DNA from: Clostridia bacterium
Lineage (GTDB): Bacteria; Bacillota; Clostridia; JAAYHZ01
Assembly (NCBI GenBank): GCA_050950825.1
Contig: JBMNIH010000002.1
Location: forward strand, 320,001 to 384,000
DNA: 64,000 nucleotides
Reading direction: 5' to 3'
Shown: in pieces, positions 17,030 to 27,193 of the stretch
Numbering within the stretch: the stretch's first letter is position 1
Layout: every line of letters begins with the position of its first letter
The notes under the pieces: generated by a model
Told to the model about the DNA's origin: nothing
Seen by the model: the letters and a program-made list of their open reading frames with translations, nothing else
The model's database searches: none
Translations under genes and position numbers: made by a program

Positions 17030-18937
17030 TCATTCCAAAGTCTCAAGCCATGTATCGGCTGCACCGTCGCTAGGCATCATCCAAGCGCCTCTAGGAGACA
17101 AGCTTATGCTTCCTACCTTCGGTCCGTCCGTAGAACAGGAACGTTTGAATTGCTGCGAGAAGAATCTCTTTAAGAATACGGTCAGCCATTTCTTTACGGT
17201 TTCTTTGTCATATTTATCTCGGAAAGCATGACGAGCCAAATAATATATCTTGTCGGGAGAAGAGCCGTATTGGATCATATGGTACAAGAAGAAGTCATGG
17301 AGCTCATAAGGCCCGACGATATCCTCCGTTTTTTGACTGATACTTCCTTCGGCGTTTTTGGGCAAAAGCTCGGGAGAAACGGGCGTGCTCAAAATATCGT
17401 TGAGAATCTCCTCCGTTTCCTTGTATAAGTTCTCGCCTACCCATTTTACAACGTGCCTGATTAAGGTCTTTGTTACACCGGCATTCACCACATACATGGA
17501 CATATGGTCTCCGTTGTATGTGCACCAGCCTAAAGCGGATTCCGATAAATCTCCGGTTCCGACATGCAACGCACCTTCTTTATTGGCTATGTCCATCAAT
17601 ATTTGGGTGCGTTCTCGGGCTTGGGCATTTTCATAAGCAGCATCGTGTATGCTCGGGTCATGGCCGATATCTTTAAAATGCTGCAAGCATGCTTCGGTTA
17701 TGCTGATTTCTCTAAAGTCTGCTCCAAAGGCTTTGATCAATGCAACGGCGTTATCGTAAGTTCTGTCCGTGGTACCGAATCCCGGCATGGTTATGGCAAT
17801 GATGTTTTTTCTCGGATACTGTAATTTATCCATAGCCTTAACGATGGCGATTAAGGTCAATGTCGAATCCAGACCTCCGGATACTCCTAAAACGGCCTTT
17901 TTCAAGCCTGCATGCTTTAACCTCTTGGCAATGGCCGAAGATTGAATATCCAACAATTCTTTGCACTGTTCATCCAATTCCTCTTTACCTTCCGCTATAA
18001 AAGGATAAGGATTGATCCTTCGTGTCAATACCGTATCGCAAAGCGGACTTCCGTCGTATTGGACGATACAGTAGTCATCCGTCATAATTCCGTCGAACAG
18101 GGCGGCGTTTTTCAATCGTAAGTTCCGGATCATATCCGTATCGATTTCCGAGATTACCAATTGGGAATCAAAGGAAAAGCGTTGAGATTCGGCTAAAATG
18201 CTTCCGTTTTCCGCTATAATTCCGTGGCCTCCATATACCGCATCCGTCGTGGATTCGTTGATACCTGAAGACGTATAGACATAACCGAAAATACATCTTT
18301 CCGAATGCTGTTTGATTCGATTTAGCCGTTTGCTTCTTATGCCGGTTTCTTCGGTGCTTGCTGACAAATTGAAAACAATCGAAGCTCCCGCCGCGGCATG
18401 GTACACGGAAGGAGGAACCAAAGCTCCGAAATCCTCTCCGATTTCCACTCCGAAGCACAAGCCTTCAACCAACGTATCTTGGAATAAAAGCTCGGACCCC
18501 ACCGGCACCTCTTCCTCATCAAGCCAAAGGGTTGTTTCCGGTAAATCCGCAGCCGACTTGAAACGGCGCCGCTCATCGGGCAAAAGAACGGTTTTCGGAA
18601 CGATACCCAATACTTGTCCGTCGAAAAGAACCGCTCCGCAGTCGTATAAAGCGTTATCGATTACCAAAGGAACGCCGACGATATAGACGCCTTGTTTTCC
18701 TTCGGTGTATTCTTTTAGCTCCAGAAGAGCTTTTTTGGCACCTTTTATTAATGCGTCCTGCAAAAACAAGTCGCCGCAGGTATACCCGGTTATACTCAGC
18801 TCGGGAAATACCGCGATTCTTATCTTCTTGTTTTCACACAGATCCATACTTTCTTTTATTCTTTCGACATTAAATCGAATATCGGCAACTCTCATCTCCG
18901 GTATGCAAGCGCTTACTTTAACAAATCCGTATTTCAT
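17030..18937 (-). CDS. nadE: NAD+ synthetase, two-domain (glutamine-type architecture)
   Basis: N-terminal nitrilase-like domain (VFPELSITGYTC); C-terminal LGVSGGLDST, ENAQARERT, GTGDLSE, SQQFKRS, SLSPRG. Confidence 0.95.
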   Translation of the reverse strand: MKYGFVKVSACIPEMRVADIRFNVERIKESMDLCENKKIRIAVFPELSITGYTCGDLFLQDALIKGAKKALLELKEYTEGKQGVYIVGVPLVIDNALYDCGAVLFDGQVLGIVPKTVLLPDERRRFKSAADLPETTLWLDEEEVPVGSELLFQDTLVEGLCFGVEIGEDFGALVPPSVYHAAAGASIVFNLSASTEETGIRSKRLNRIKQHSERCIFGYVYTSSGINESTTDAVYGGHGIIAENGSILAESQRFSFDSQLVISEIDTDMIRNLRLKNAALFDGIMTDDYCIVQYDGSPLCDTVLTRRINPYPFIAEGKEELDEQCKELLDIQSSAIAKRLKHAGLKKAVLGVSGGLDSTLTLIAIVKAMDKLQYPRKNIIAITMPGFGTTDRTYDNAVALIKAFGADFREISITEACLQHFKDIGHDPSIHDAAYENAQARERTQILMDIANKEGALHVGTGDLSESALGWCTYNGDHMSMYVVNAGVTKTLIRHVVKWVGENLYKETEEILNDILSTPVSPELLPKNAEGSISQKTEDIVGPYELHDFFLYHMIQYGSSPDKIYYLARHAFRDKYDKETVKKWLTVFLKRFFSQQFKRSCSTDGPKVGSISLSPRGAWMMPSDGAADTWLETLE

Positions 18938-19035
18938 AAAAACCACCCGATATAAAATTTTCTTACATTTTATTATAACATACCGTTAAAGCGCCAGTAC
19001 AAATTCAAAAAAATAGAAAAAATTTTATGAACCTA

Positions 19036-19083
19036 TTGACAACACCATCTTACTAGTGTACTATACAACTAGTACACTAGTAA
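19036..19083 (+). promoter_or_regulatory. sigmaA promoter with a YtrA-subfamily GntR operator
   Basis: TTGACA-17-TACTAT; perfect inverted repeat TTACTAGTGTACTA-N6-TAGTACACTAGTAA (19050-19083). Confidence 0.85.
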
Positions 19084-19094
19084 GGGAGGTTTCT

Positions 19095-19481
19095 ATGAAG
19101 TATGAGTCGAGTAAGCCCATCTATTTGCAGGTTATGGATTCATTGAAGCAAAGAATGGTAACAGGCGACCTGCGGCCCGGTGATCAATTGCCCTCCGTTC
19201 GTTTGCTGGCCATCGAGTACGATATAAACCCCAATACGGCGGCCCGTGTCTACAAGGAACTGGAGCTAGAGGGCATATGCTTTACCAAAAGAGGCGAAGG
19301 AACCTTTGTAACGGAAGACCCCGATCTGATCCGGTCGTTAAAAGAACAAACGGCAAAGTCCATAGTAAAAAAGTTCATCAAAGAAATGACGGGATTAGGG
19401 TATGACAAATTCGAGATTATTCAAAAAATACAGAAAGAAGGAGACGAAAATGATTCTATTGAAAACGGAAAAACTGACTAA
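19095..19481 (+). CDS. GntR family regulator, YtrA subfamily
   Basis: PIYLQV, LRPGDQLPSVR, INPNTAARVYKELE, RGEGTFV; short protein preceding an ABC transporter. Confidence 0.92.
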   Translation: MKYESSKPIYLQVMDSLKQRMVTGDLRPGDQLPSVRLLAIEYDINPNTAARVYKELELEGICFTKRGEGTFVTEDPDLIRSLKEQTAKSIVKKFIKEMTGLGYDKFEIIQKIQKEGDENDSIENGKTD

Positions 19482-20142
19482 AACATTCGGCGGAAAGCCT
19501 GCCGTTTATGAAGTGGATGCGGAATTTGAAGCCGGAAAGCTGTACGGACTATTAGGACCTAACGGCAGCGGAAAAACAACCTTCATGAAAATGGTTGCCG
19601 GATTGTTTTATCCTACCGCAGGAAAAATAACCGTTATGGACGGGTTATCGAAAACGGCATCCAAAAGCAAAGTAGCATATATGCCTACGGAGCCTTTTTT
19701 CTACGATTACATGACCGTGAAAACCGTAGGAGATTTTTTCAAGGATTTTTACGAAGATTTTGACCCCGAATGGTACAAGGAACAAATCGAATATATGCAG
19801 CTTACTCCGGATTTGAGAATCCGAGCTTTGTCCTCCGGTATGGCGGCGAAGCTGAAAGTGGCCGTAACCATGTCCCGACGGGCATCCATCTATATGCTGG
19901 ACGAACCCTTGAACGGCATCGATCTTGTGGCTCGCGACAAGATCATCACGTCCATCATCAAAAGATCCGCTCCGGACAACACGATTATCATATCCAGCCA
20001 CCTGATCGACATTATGGAAAACCTTTTGGATGAAGTCCTCTTTTTGAAAGACGGAAGGACGGTCTTAAAAGGCAATGCGGAGGAAACCCGTGAAAAGAAC
20101 GGCAAATCCATTGCGGATTTATACAAGGAGGTATATGCATGA
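19450..20142 (+). CDS. ABC transporter ATP-binding protein
   Basis: GPNGSGKTT, LSSG, MLDEP, SSH. Confidence 0.92.
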   Translation: MILLKTEKLTKTFGGKPAVYEVDAEFEAGKLYGLLGPNGSGKTTFMKMVAGLFYPTAGKITVMDGLSKTASKSKVAYMPTEPFFYDYMTVKTVGDFFKDFYEDFDPEWYKEQIEYMQLTPDLRIRALSSGMAAKLKVAVTMSRRASIYMLDEPLNGIDLVARDKIITSIIKRSAPDNTIIISSHLIDIMENLLDEVLFLKDGRTVLKGNAEETREKNGKSIADLYKEVYA

Positions 20143-20939
20143 TAGCTAAATTATTGAAATACGAACTGTTAAGAAGAAAAGGTCCCTTGACTGCTTTTGC
20201 CGTCATATTCATCGTATTGGAGGGTTTGTTACTCTTCGGTCTATTTAAAGGAGACGCATGGATCGGTTTATCCATCTTTATGACCATCCTCTTAATCGGC
20301 GGAACCTATGTCTTCGTGCTTTTGGATCCCATAATCTCCTTTTACTCCGACATCAAAAACAAGCACGGATACATGCTGTTTTTAACACCGGTAAACGGAT
20401 ACCAAATCGTAGGCTCAAAGGCTTTGTTCGGATTCATCCAGATGTTCGTAGCGGGAGCGATACTCTTTTTGACCTTTGTGTTAAATTCCAAATTAACGAC
20501 GCATTTATACTTTACGGGAACGGAGATCGAAAGCTTGTGGAATCGAATTTCCCATGACTTTAAGGACTTTTTGCCCACATTAGGTCAGATTATCCAATTC
20601 CTTGTCATGGTACTGCTGCAATGGTTTAACGTCATTATGATGGGCATATTTGCCATAACGCTGAACAAAACCATATTTTCCGACAATCGCCATTCCTTCC
20701 TTTTAAGCCTTTTGATGTACGTTTTCCTGTACGTTATCATTCAAACGGTTACCGTAGCGATTTTAGCTCCCTTCGGACTTTTCGGTGATATGTTACGAGT
20801 TCAAACAAGCAACGGTTCAATCCAAGGCTCGTTAAACGTAGGAAAATACACGACCTTAGGAATGATACTAAACGCATTCTATATCCTCCTCTTCTACTTT
20901 TTGTCCGGCCGCTTCTTACATAAACGAGTGGACTTGTAA
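20139..20939 (+). CDS. ABC-2 type permease
   Basis: About six TM segments, GYMLFLTPV motif, ATGA overlap with the ATPase gene. Confidence 0.82.
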   Translation: MIAKLLKYELLRRKGPLTAFAVIFIVLEGLLLFGLFKGDAWIGLSIFMTILLIGGTYVFVLLDPIISFYSDIKNKHGYMLFLTPVNGYQIVGSKALFGFIQMFVAGAILFLTFVLNSKLTTHLYFTGTEIESLWNRISHDFKDFLPTLGQIIQFLVMVLLQWFNVIMMGIFAITLNKTIFSDNRHSFLLSLLMYVFLYVIIQTVTVAILAPFGLFGDMLRVQTSNGSIQGSLNVGKYTTLGMILNAFYILLFYFLSGRFLHKRVDL

Positions 20940-20962
20940 ACGCCCTTTTGCCTTATTCGTTA

Positions 20963-20998
20963 AAAAACCTCAGGCCTTTGTAGGAACCTGAGGTTTTT
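20963..20998. terminator. Bidirectional terminator between the ABC operon and valS
   Basis: AAAAACCTCAGG...CCTGAGGTTTTT. Confidence 0.8.
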
Positions 20999-21013
20999 GC
21001 TTTATCATACCTA

Positions 21014-23656
21014 TCATTGCGTCAGTGCACGGATTCTTTCCAATACGCTTTCGTACATCATTTCATACTTGGCCTTTTTTTCTTTTTCCGCATTTACGAC
21101 TTTTTCCGGAGCTTTTTTCACAAAGCTTTCATTGGCCAATTTTTGATTCACCCGTTCAATTTCTCCTTCCAGTCGTTCCTTTTCACCTTGGAGTCGTTGA
21201 ATTTCCTTTTCGATGTCGATCAAGTCTCCTAACGGGATATAGATCTCACAGCCCTTCACAACAGCGGATACGAAGTTTTTATCGATACCCTCCTTGCTTT
21301 CGGTAATGACAACCTCGGAGCAATAAGCAAGCTTTTCAAAGTACACTTTACCGGATTCATAAATATCCGCTAAGCCTTTGTCCGACACCGCAAGAATGGC
21401 TTTGGCTTTTCTTGTAGGCGGTACGTTCATATCGGCTCTTATGTTTCGAATGGCCTTGATGGCGGTCATGATTTCGTCCATTTGCTTTTCTTCTTGTTCA
21501 TAAGTATAGCGTTCGGAGTATTCCGGCCATTTTGAAATCATGACGCTAGGATCGTCGTTTACCAAATGGGTGTATATCTCTTCCGTTACAAAGGGCATGA
21601 AAGGATGCAAAAGCTGCATCGAAACGGATAACACCTTGTTCAGTACGTACAAGGATTCCTTTCTGCCGGGAGCTTCTCTGTCGTACAGTCGAGGTTTCAC
21701 CAGCTCGATGTACCAGTCACAGAATTCTTCCCAAACAAACTCGTAAATCTTTTGCAGCGCTATACCGAATTCGTATTTATCCAAGTTGACGGTAACCTCT
21801 CTTACAAGGTCGTTGACTCTGCTTAAAATCCATTTTTCGGGTATTCCGAACAAGGACTCGTCGATATCGCTGAAGTCAATGTCCTCATCGAAGTTCATCA
21901 ATACGAATCGGGAAGCGTTCCATATTTTATTTGCAAAATTTCTTCCCGCCAAAATCTTGTCGTCGGAGAACCGCAAATCGTTTCCGGGAGACACCCCTAT
22001 AATCAAAGCAAAACGAAGCGCATCCGTTCCGTAATTTTCGATTACCTCCAGAGGATCGATTCCGTTGCCTAAGGATTTGCTCATTTTGCGTCCCAAAGCG
22101 TCTCTTACCAAACCGTGGATAACCACATGCTTGAAGGGTTCTTTACCGGTATGCTCCAAAGCGGAGAAAATCATACGGGCAACCCAGAAGAATATGATGT
22201 CGTATCCGGTTACCAAAACATCCGTCGGATAGAAATATTTCAAATCCTCCGTTTCATCCGGCCAGCCTAACGTGGAGAAAGGCCACAAGGCGGACGAGAA
22301 CCAAGTGTCCAACGTATCTTGGTCTTGTACCAAATTTGTACTTTGGCACTTCGGACATTTTTCCGGCGCCGTTCTTGCTACGATAATCTCGCCGCATTCG
22401 CAGTAATAGGCCGGAATTTGATGTCCCCACCACAGCTGTCTCGAAATGCACCAATCCCGGATGTTTTCCATCCAGTTATAATAAATCTTGCTGAATCGTT
22501 CGGGTACGAACTTCACGGTGCCGTTTTTCACCACTTCGATGGCGGGCTTGGCTAAGGGTTCCATCTTAACGAACCACTGCATGGAAACCATCGGTTCGAT
22601 AACCGTCGAGCACCGATAGCAGGCTCCTACGTTATGGGTATGCTCTTCAATTTTTACCAACAGTCCTTCCTTTTCAAGGTCTTTTACTACGGCCTTACGG
22701 GCTTCGTAGCGGTCCATTCCCGCATAAGCGCCGGCATTTTTATTCATGGTGGCATCGTCGTTCATGACCTTTACCAAATCCAGGCCATGGCGCAGCCCCA
22801 CTTCAAAGTCGTTAGGGTCGTGGGCGGGCGTAATTTTAACCGCTCCGGTTCCGAAGGAAGGATCCACGTACTCGTCGGCGATAACGGGAATTTCTCTGTT
22901 CATTAAGGGCAGTATGACCGTTTTCCCCACCAAATCCTTGTATCGGTCATCCTCCGGATGAACCGCCACGGCGGTATCTCCCAACATGGTCTCGGGACGG
23001 GTGGTGGCTACCGTGATGAAGCGTCCTTCCTGCCCTTTTACCGGATACTTGATATGCCACAGGTTGCCTTTTTGCTCTTCGTATTCCACTTCCGCATCGC
23101 TGATGGAGGTTCCGCAAATCGGACACCAGTTGATAATCCTTTCTCCCCTGTAGATCAATCCCTTTTCATACAAACGGACAAAGACCTCGGTAACGGCTTT
23201 GGACAAGCCTTCGTCCATGGTAAACCGTTCTCTTTCCCAGTCACAGGAGCTCCCCAGCTTTTTCAATTGGCTTACGATTCTGCCGCCGTACTGCTTTTTC
23301 CATTCCCATGCTCTTTCCAAGAACTTTTCTCTTCCTAAATCCTCCTTGGTCACGCCTTCTTCCTTCAGCTTTTCCACGATTCTCGCTTCGGTAGCGATGC
23401 TGGCATGGTCGGTTCCGGGTAGCCATAATGCGGAGTAGCCCTGCATTCTTTTCATCCTTATCAATATATCCTGCAGAGTGTTGTCCAAAGCATGACCCAT
23501 ATGAAGCTGTCCCGTAATGTTCGGCGGCGGTATCACGATGGTGTACGGTGTTTTGTTAGGATCTATCTTTGCATGAAAGTATCCGTTTTCCATCCACCGC
23601 TTATACAGTTTATCTTCAACTTCTTTCGGTTCATATGTTTTTGCCAATTCCATCAT
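21014..23656 (-). CDS. valS: Valine--tRNA ligase
   Basis: [31 protein letters not shown]-terminal coiled coil. Confidence 0.98.
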   Translation of the reverse strand: MMELAKTYEPKEVEDKLYKRWMENGYFHAKIDPNKTPYTIVIPPPNITGQLHMGHALDNTLQDILIRMKRMQGYSALWLPGTDHASIATEARIVEKLKEEGVTKEDLGREKFLERAWEWKKQYGGRIVSQLKKLGSSCDWERERFTMDEGLSKAVTEVFVRLYEKGLIYRGERIINWCPICGTSISDAEVEYEEQKGNLWHIKYPVKGQEGRFITVATTRPETMLGDTAVAVHPEDDRYKDLVGKTVILPLMNREIPVIADEYVDPSFGTGAVKITPAHDPNDFEVGLRHGLDLVKVMNDDATMNKNAGAYAGMDRYEARKAVVKDLEKEGLLVKIEEHTHNVGACYRCSTVIEPMVSMQWFVKMEPLAKPAIEVVKNGTVKFVPERFSKIYYNWMENIRDWCISRQLWWGHQIPAYYCECGEIIVARTAPEKCPKCQSTNLVQDQDTLDTWFSSALWPFSTLGWPDETEDLKYFYPTDVLVTGYDIIFFWVARMIFSALEHTGKEPFKHVVIHGLVRDALGRKMSKSLGNGIDPLEVIENYGTDALRFALIIGVSPGNDLRFSDDKILAGRNFANKIWNASRFVLMNFDEDIDFSDIDESLFGIPEKWILSRVNDLVREVTVNLDKYEFGIALQKIYEFVWEEFCDWYIELVKPRLYDREAPGRKESLYVLNKVLSVSMQLLHPFMPFVTEEIYTHLVNDDPSVMISKWPEYSERYTYEQEEKQMDEIMTAIKAIRNIRADMNVPPTRKAKAILAVSDKGLADIYESGKVYFEKLAYCSEVVITESKEGIDKNFVSAVVKGCEIYIPLGDLIDIEKEIQRLQGEKERLEGEIERVNQKLANESFVKKAPEKVVNAEKEKKAKYEMMYESVLERIRALTQ

Positions 23657-23696
23657 AATTATCATCCTTTGCTGTATTTAAAATTTTTAACTTTTA

Positions 23697-23936
23697 TCAC
23701 TCAAACAAAATCAATATCCCGAAAAGTCCGGGAAGAAGAAATACCAATCCGTACAATTTCACACGCAGTACCGCTTTTTGTCTTTTCATCTCGTCGATTT
23801 CTTTTTCCTCGAAATGTTCCGCTCCTTTTACCGTCTCTTTGCTCCTCAACCGGTATTTTTCTTCGATCTTACCTGCTAAGAAGATAACAAAAGCCCCTGC
23901 TGCAAACAATAGCAGCGATAACGCCTTTAAAACCAT
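23697..23936 (-). CDS. Small two-TM hypothetical membrane protein
   Basis: Hydrophobic N- and C-terminal helices with a charged middle; SD AAAGGA; lies between the T-box and valS. Confidence 0.7.
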   Translation of the reverse strand: MVLKALSLLLFAAGAFVIFLAGKIEEKYRLRSKETVKGAEHFEEKEIDEMKRQKAVLRVKLYGLVFLLPGLFGILILFE

Positions 23937-23975
23937 CTGCATTTCCTTTCACCGCCGTTTCCTTAATCCGTAATA

Positions 23976-24230
23976 CAAAAAAGCCTTCGTCATTTGGACG
24001 AAAGCTCGCGGTACCACCAAATTTCTTTGACAACCGAAAGCCAAACGGCCGTATTGTCAAAGCACTCTTTATGATAACGGTCTACACCGCCGATTTCTAC
24101 TGATCGTTCAAAATCGGAACTCCCGGGCGACCTTCGGTGTATCGATCTTATGAGAAACCTCTCAGCCGGTGAGTTTCTCTCTCTGTTAAGGGACAGACAC
24201 CTACTCCTCCCGTTCTTCGTTTTTCTGCTG
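23976..24230 (-). promoter_or_regulatory. T-box riboswitch (Val)
   Basis: AGAGA and GCTGAGA stem I motifs, probable GTC specifier at 24129-24131, T-box AATTTGGTGGTACCGCG (24007-24023), terminator GCTTTCGTC-CAAAT-GACGAAGGC-TTTTTT. Confidence 0.92.
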
Positions 24231-24467
24231 ACGGATTATCTTAATATATGATAACCGAAAAACATATTTGCATACTAATATATCGAAAAATGCATATGAA
24301 GTCAATGGGTTTTGAAACCGAAAATTTCGACCGACCGTATTGTTTTTTTATTGTTTTTTTCGCAATTTTCAACAAACAGTTTCATTTTTGTTGAATTTAA
24401 TGATAAAAATAGTAATAGATTTGATAAAATAGGTGATAATAAAACCCTTTCACGGGAGGTAAAAGAG

Positions 24468-27101
24468 ATGAAAAAATCCGCTGTCTTTTTTCACGACGGT
24501 TTTATACAATCTCTGCAGGAGAATATTCAATCCTCCGAAAGCCTGCAAAATTACGCAAAAGAAAGAATACACGCTGCAGATTATTGGATGAAGATGGATT
24601 ACGATCAAGTGTGGGAATTGATGTTCCCCCCTACCATCAAGCGATCATGGATGGTTCATTCCAACGGACAATGCCCGGATTGCGGGAATGACGTACATAT
24701 GTATAAATGGGTCATCGATGCGAAGAATAAGCCGTGGAAGCTTGTTTGTCCTCATTGCAACGGTGCCTTTCCTAAAAACGATTTTTATGCCTACTACAAA
24801 TCGGGAATCTGCGAAGACGGCATTTTCCGTTATGAAAAAGCCGATCCTTCCCTTCTCGTCAACGAAGAGGACGGTTCCCGATACGGTGTAGACGACGGCT
24901 TTTCCTATACGGACGAAAAAGGCGACAAATATTGGTTTATCGCCACCTACTTGGTATACGGACAGTGGAGGCAGATCGTTTTGGAGGGTGTCTCCGTTTT
25001 ATCCGACGCCTATTGCATTACGGGCGATTTGGAATTTGCGCGCCGCGCTATCATTCTATTAGACCGTATAGCCGACTTGTATCCCGATTTCGACTTCCGC
25101 GAACAGGGCATTATGTACGAGGACGAAAAGACCTCTCGAGGATACGTATCTTATTGGGCGGCCGCCTCTACCGAGGCACAAATTTTGGCCGTTTCTTACG
25201 ATAAAGTTTTCTCGGCCATAGAAAAGGATCCTTTTATCCTTTCCTACCTTCATGAAAAAGCCGTAAAACACAACTTATCCAATCGAAAAGCGACCGTTTC
25301 GGATATACGAAAGAACATTGAAGAACGAATATTGAAGGATACCATTGCAAATTTGCATAAGGTACGGACGAATTATCCGAATACGGAAATCACGGACATC
25401 ATACTTTCCCTCGTTTTGGATGATGCCGAATCCAAGAAAAAAGCTTTGGAAATCCTGGACGATATCATCGAAACGGGTACCTACGTGGACGGTATTGCCG
25501 GAGAAAAAGGCGGTTATTCATCCTCGTCCCCCGGCTGTTTATACAACTTGTTGTCTCTGCTCATCCAAACCGAAGAATTCAGTATGCCCGTATTACTGGA
25601 AAAATATCCGCGGTTAATCGATTGCTATAAATTCCATATCGATTCTTGGGTATTAAACAAGTACTATCCCGGTCACGGCGACGGCGGAAGATTATCCGAT
25701 CCTACCTCTCGTCACTTGCTATTTAACGATCGCGGCACGAGGTTTTCGACCTTTTCCATGACAAGACAAAAATTCGCTTATGAACTGTACCGCTGTACAT
25801 CGGATCCGGATTTCGTAAAAATACTATATATCTCCAACAACTTTTCTTCCGAAGGATTATTCGAAAAGGATTTTACCGTCACCGACAGCAAAGCTCTCCA
25901 AAAAGAAATCGACCGGATCATCGAAGAGCAAGGTCCGGACTTAAAAGGCGATTGCGTGGACTTTAAGCGGTTCCGCTTCGCTTTGCTGAAATCCGGATGC
26001 GGAAAGCACAAACGGGCGGCCTTTTTGGATTACGATACCGGCGGCAACCACTCCCACCAAGATGCATTAAACATCGAGCTGTATGCAAAAGGGATGAAAT
26101 TCTTGCCGGATTTCGGCTACCCGCCGGTAAACTGCGGCGGTTGGAGCGGTCCGAATTATAAATGGTATATTATTCCCGCTTCCCATAACCTGGTTGTGAT
26201 TGATCGAAAGGAACACAATCGGCACGAGCAGCCCGGTAAAACGCCCTTTTTAAGGTATCCTCTTTTCGGCGAAACCTTTATGTGGCTTACGGAGTCCCCT
26301 TCGAAAGCCGTTTACGCCAAAGCTCCGGAGTATGCCGGAACCAAGCGCTATGAAAGACTTATCGCTTTGATCGATTTGAACGATGAAGACTGCTATTTTC
26401 TTGATATTTTCCGAACCCAAGGCGGAAAAGAGCACACGAAGTTTATCCGTAACGGTTTTTCCGAGCTTACGGTGAAGGGACCGGGCCTTTTACATACGGA
26501 AGATATCTATCATCCGGACGCGTTGATGCGTAATTATAAGAAGGCCGTCAATCCTATCTTCGGTTGGCATGCGGACTTTTTGTGCAAAGACTTGTACGAG
26601 GTTTTGGAACCGGATATGAAGCTTTATCTTCGCTATACGTCTTTGAATACGGCAAATGCGATCTATACAGCCGAATCGAAGGTTTGTAAAAGCTGGGAAA
26701 CCGGAATCCCCGAAATTGCCGGCCAAGAGCATTGGATCCCCACCGTCATGGAAATGAAAATCGGCGAGGACGACGATTTTCAATCCGCCTTCGTTTCCAC
26801 ATATGAACCTCATACCGGAACTCCTTCGATAACGGAAATCACTCGTTCTCCCGCTTTCGATGACGAAAGCAACATCTTGTCCGACATGAACGTAGCTTTG
26901 AAAATTAAGACCGACCAAGGCTTTACCGACTATATTTTAGCCAAAGATCCGGAGCAGGACGGAAACATGAACGCATTCTCCATCCGAACCGACGCTCTGT
27001 TTTGCTTTGTTCGGGTATACGACGATAACAAGGAACCCGTAATCAAGGGAAGCAAAGGCAGTATTATCACCTTCAAGAATATGATCTATCGATTTGAATA
27101 G
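24468..27101 (+). CDS. Heparinase II/III-like polysaccharide lyase family protein
   Basis: GGNHSHQDALNIELYAKG, PDFGY, ASHNLVVID motifs; N-terminal CPDC..CPHC; start after GGGAGGT. Confidence 0.72.
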   Translation: MKKSAVFFHDGFIQSLQENIQSSESLQNYAKERIHAADYWMKMDYDQVWELMFPPTIKRSWMVHSNGQCPDCGNDVHMYKWVIDAKNKPWKLVCPHCNGAFPKNDFYAYYKSGICEDGIFRYEKADPSLLVNEEDGSRYGVDDGFSYTDEKGDKYWFIATYLVYGQWRQIVLEGVSVLSDAYCITGDLEFARRAIILLDRIADLYPDFDFREQGIMYEDEKTSRGYVSYWAAASTEAQILAVSYDKVFSAIEKDPFILSYLHEKAVKHNLSNRKATVSDIRKNIEERILKDTIANLHKVRTNYPNTEITDIILSLVLDDAESKKKALEILDDIIETGTYVDGIAGEKGGYSSSSPGCLYNLLSLLIQTEEFSMPVLLEKYPRLIDCYKFHIDSWVLNKYYPGHGDGGRLSDPTSRHLLFNDRGTRFSTFSMTRQKFAYELYRCTSDPDFVKILYISNNFSSEGLFEKDFTVTDSKALQKEIDRIIEEQGPDLKGDCVDFKRFRFALLKSGCGKHKRAAFLDYDTGGNHSHQDALNIELYAKGMKFLPDFGYPPVNCGGWSGPNYKWYIIPASHNLVVIDRKEHNRHEQPGKTPFLRYPLFGETFMWLTESPSKAVYAKAPEYAGTKRYERLIALIDLNDEDCYFLDIFRTQGGKEHTKFIRNGFSELTVKGPGLLHTEDIYHPDALMRNYKKAVNPIFGWHADFLCKDLYEVLEPDMKLYLRYTSLNTANAIYTAESKVCKSWETGIPEIAGQEHWIPTVMEMKIGEDDDFQSAFVSTYEPHTGTPSITEITRSPAFDDESNILSDMNVALKIKTDQGFTDYILAKDPEQDGNMNAFSIRTDALFCFVRVYDDNKEPVIKGSKGSIITFKNMIYRFE

Positions 27102-27115
27102 GGTGATTACATGAC

Positions 27116-27163
27116 AAAAACCTCCTTTTCGTAACCCGAAGGGGTTTTGGAAAAGGAGGTTTT
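27116..27163. terminator. Bidirectional terminator
   Basis: AAAACCTCCTTTTC...GAAAAGGAGGTTTT between convergent genes. Confidence 0.75.
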
Positions 27164-27193
27164 CTTTTACTCGTAAATCTCCATTTTTGCTCC

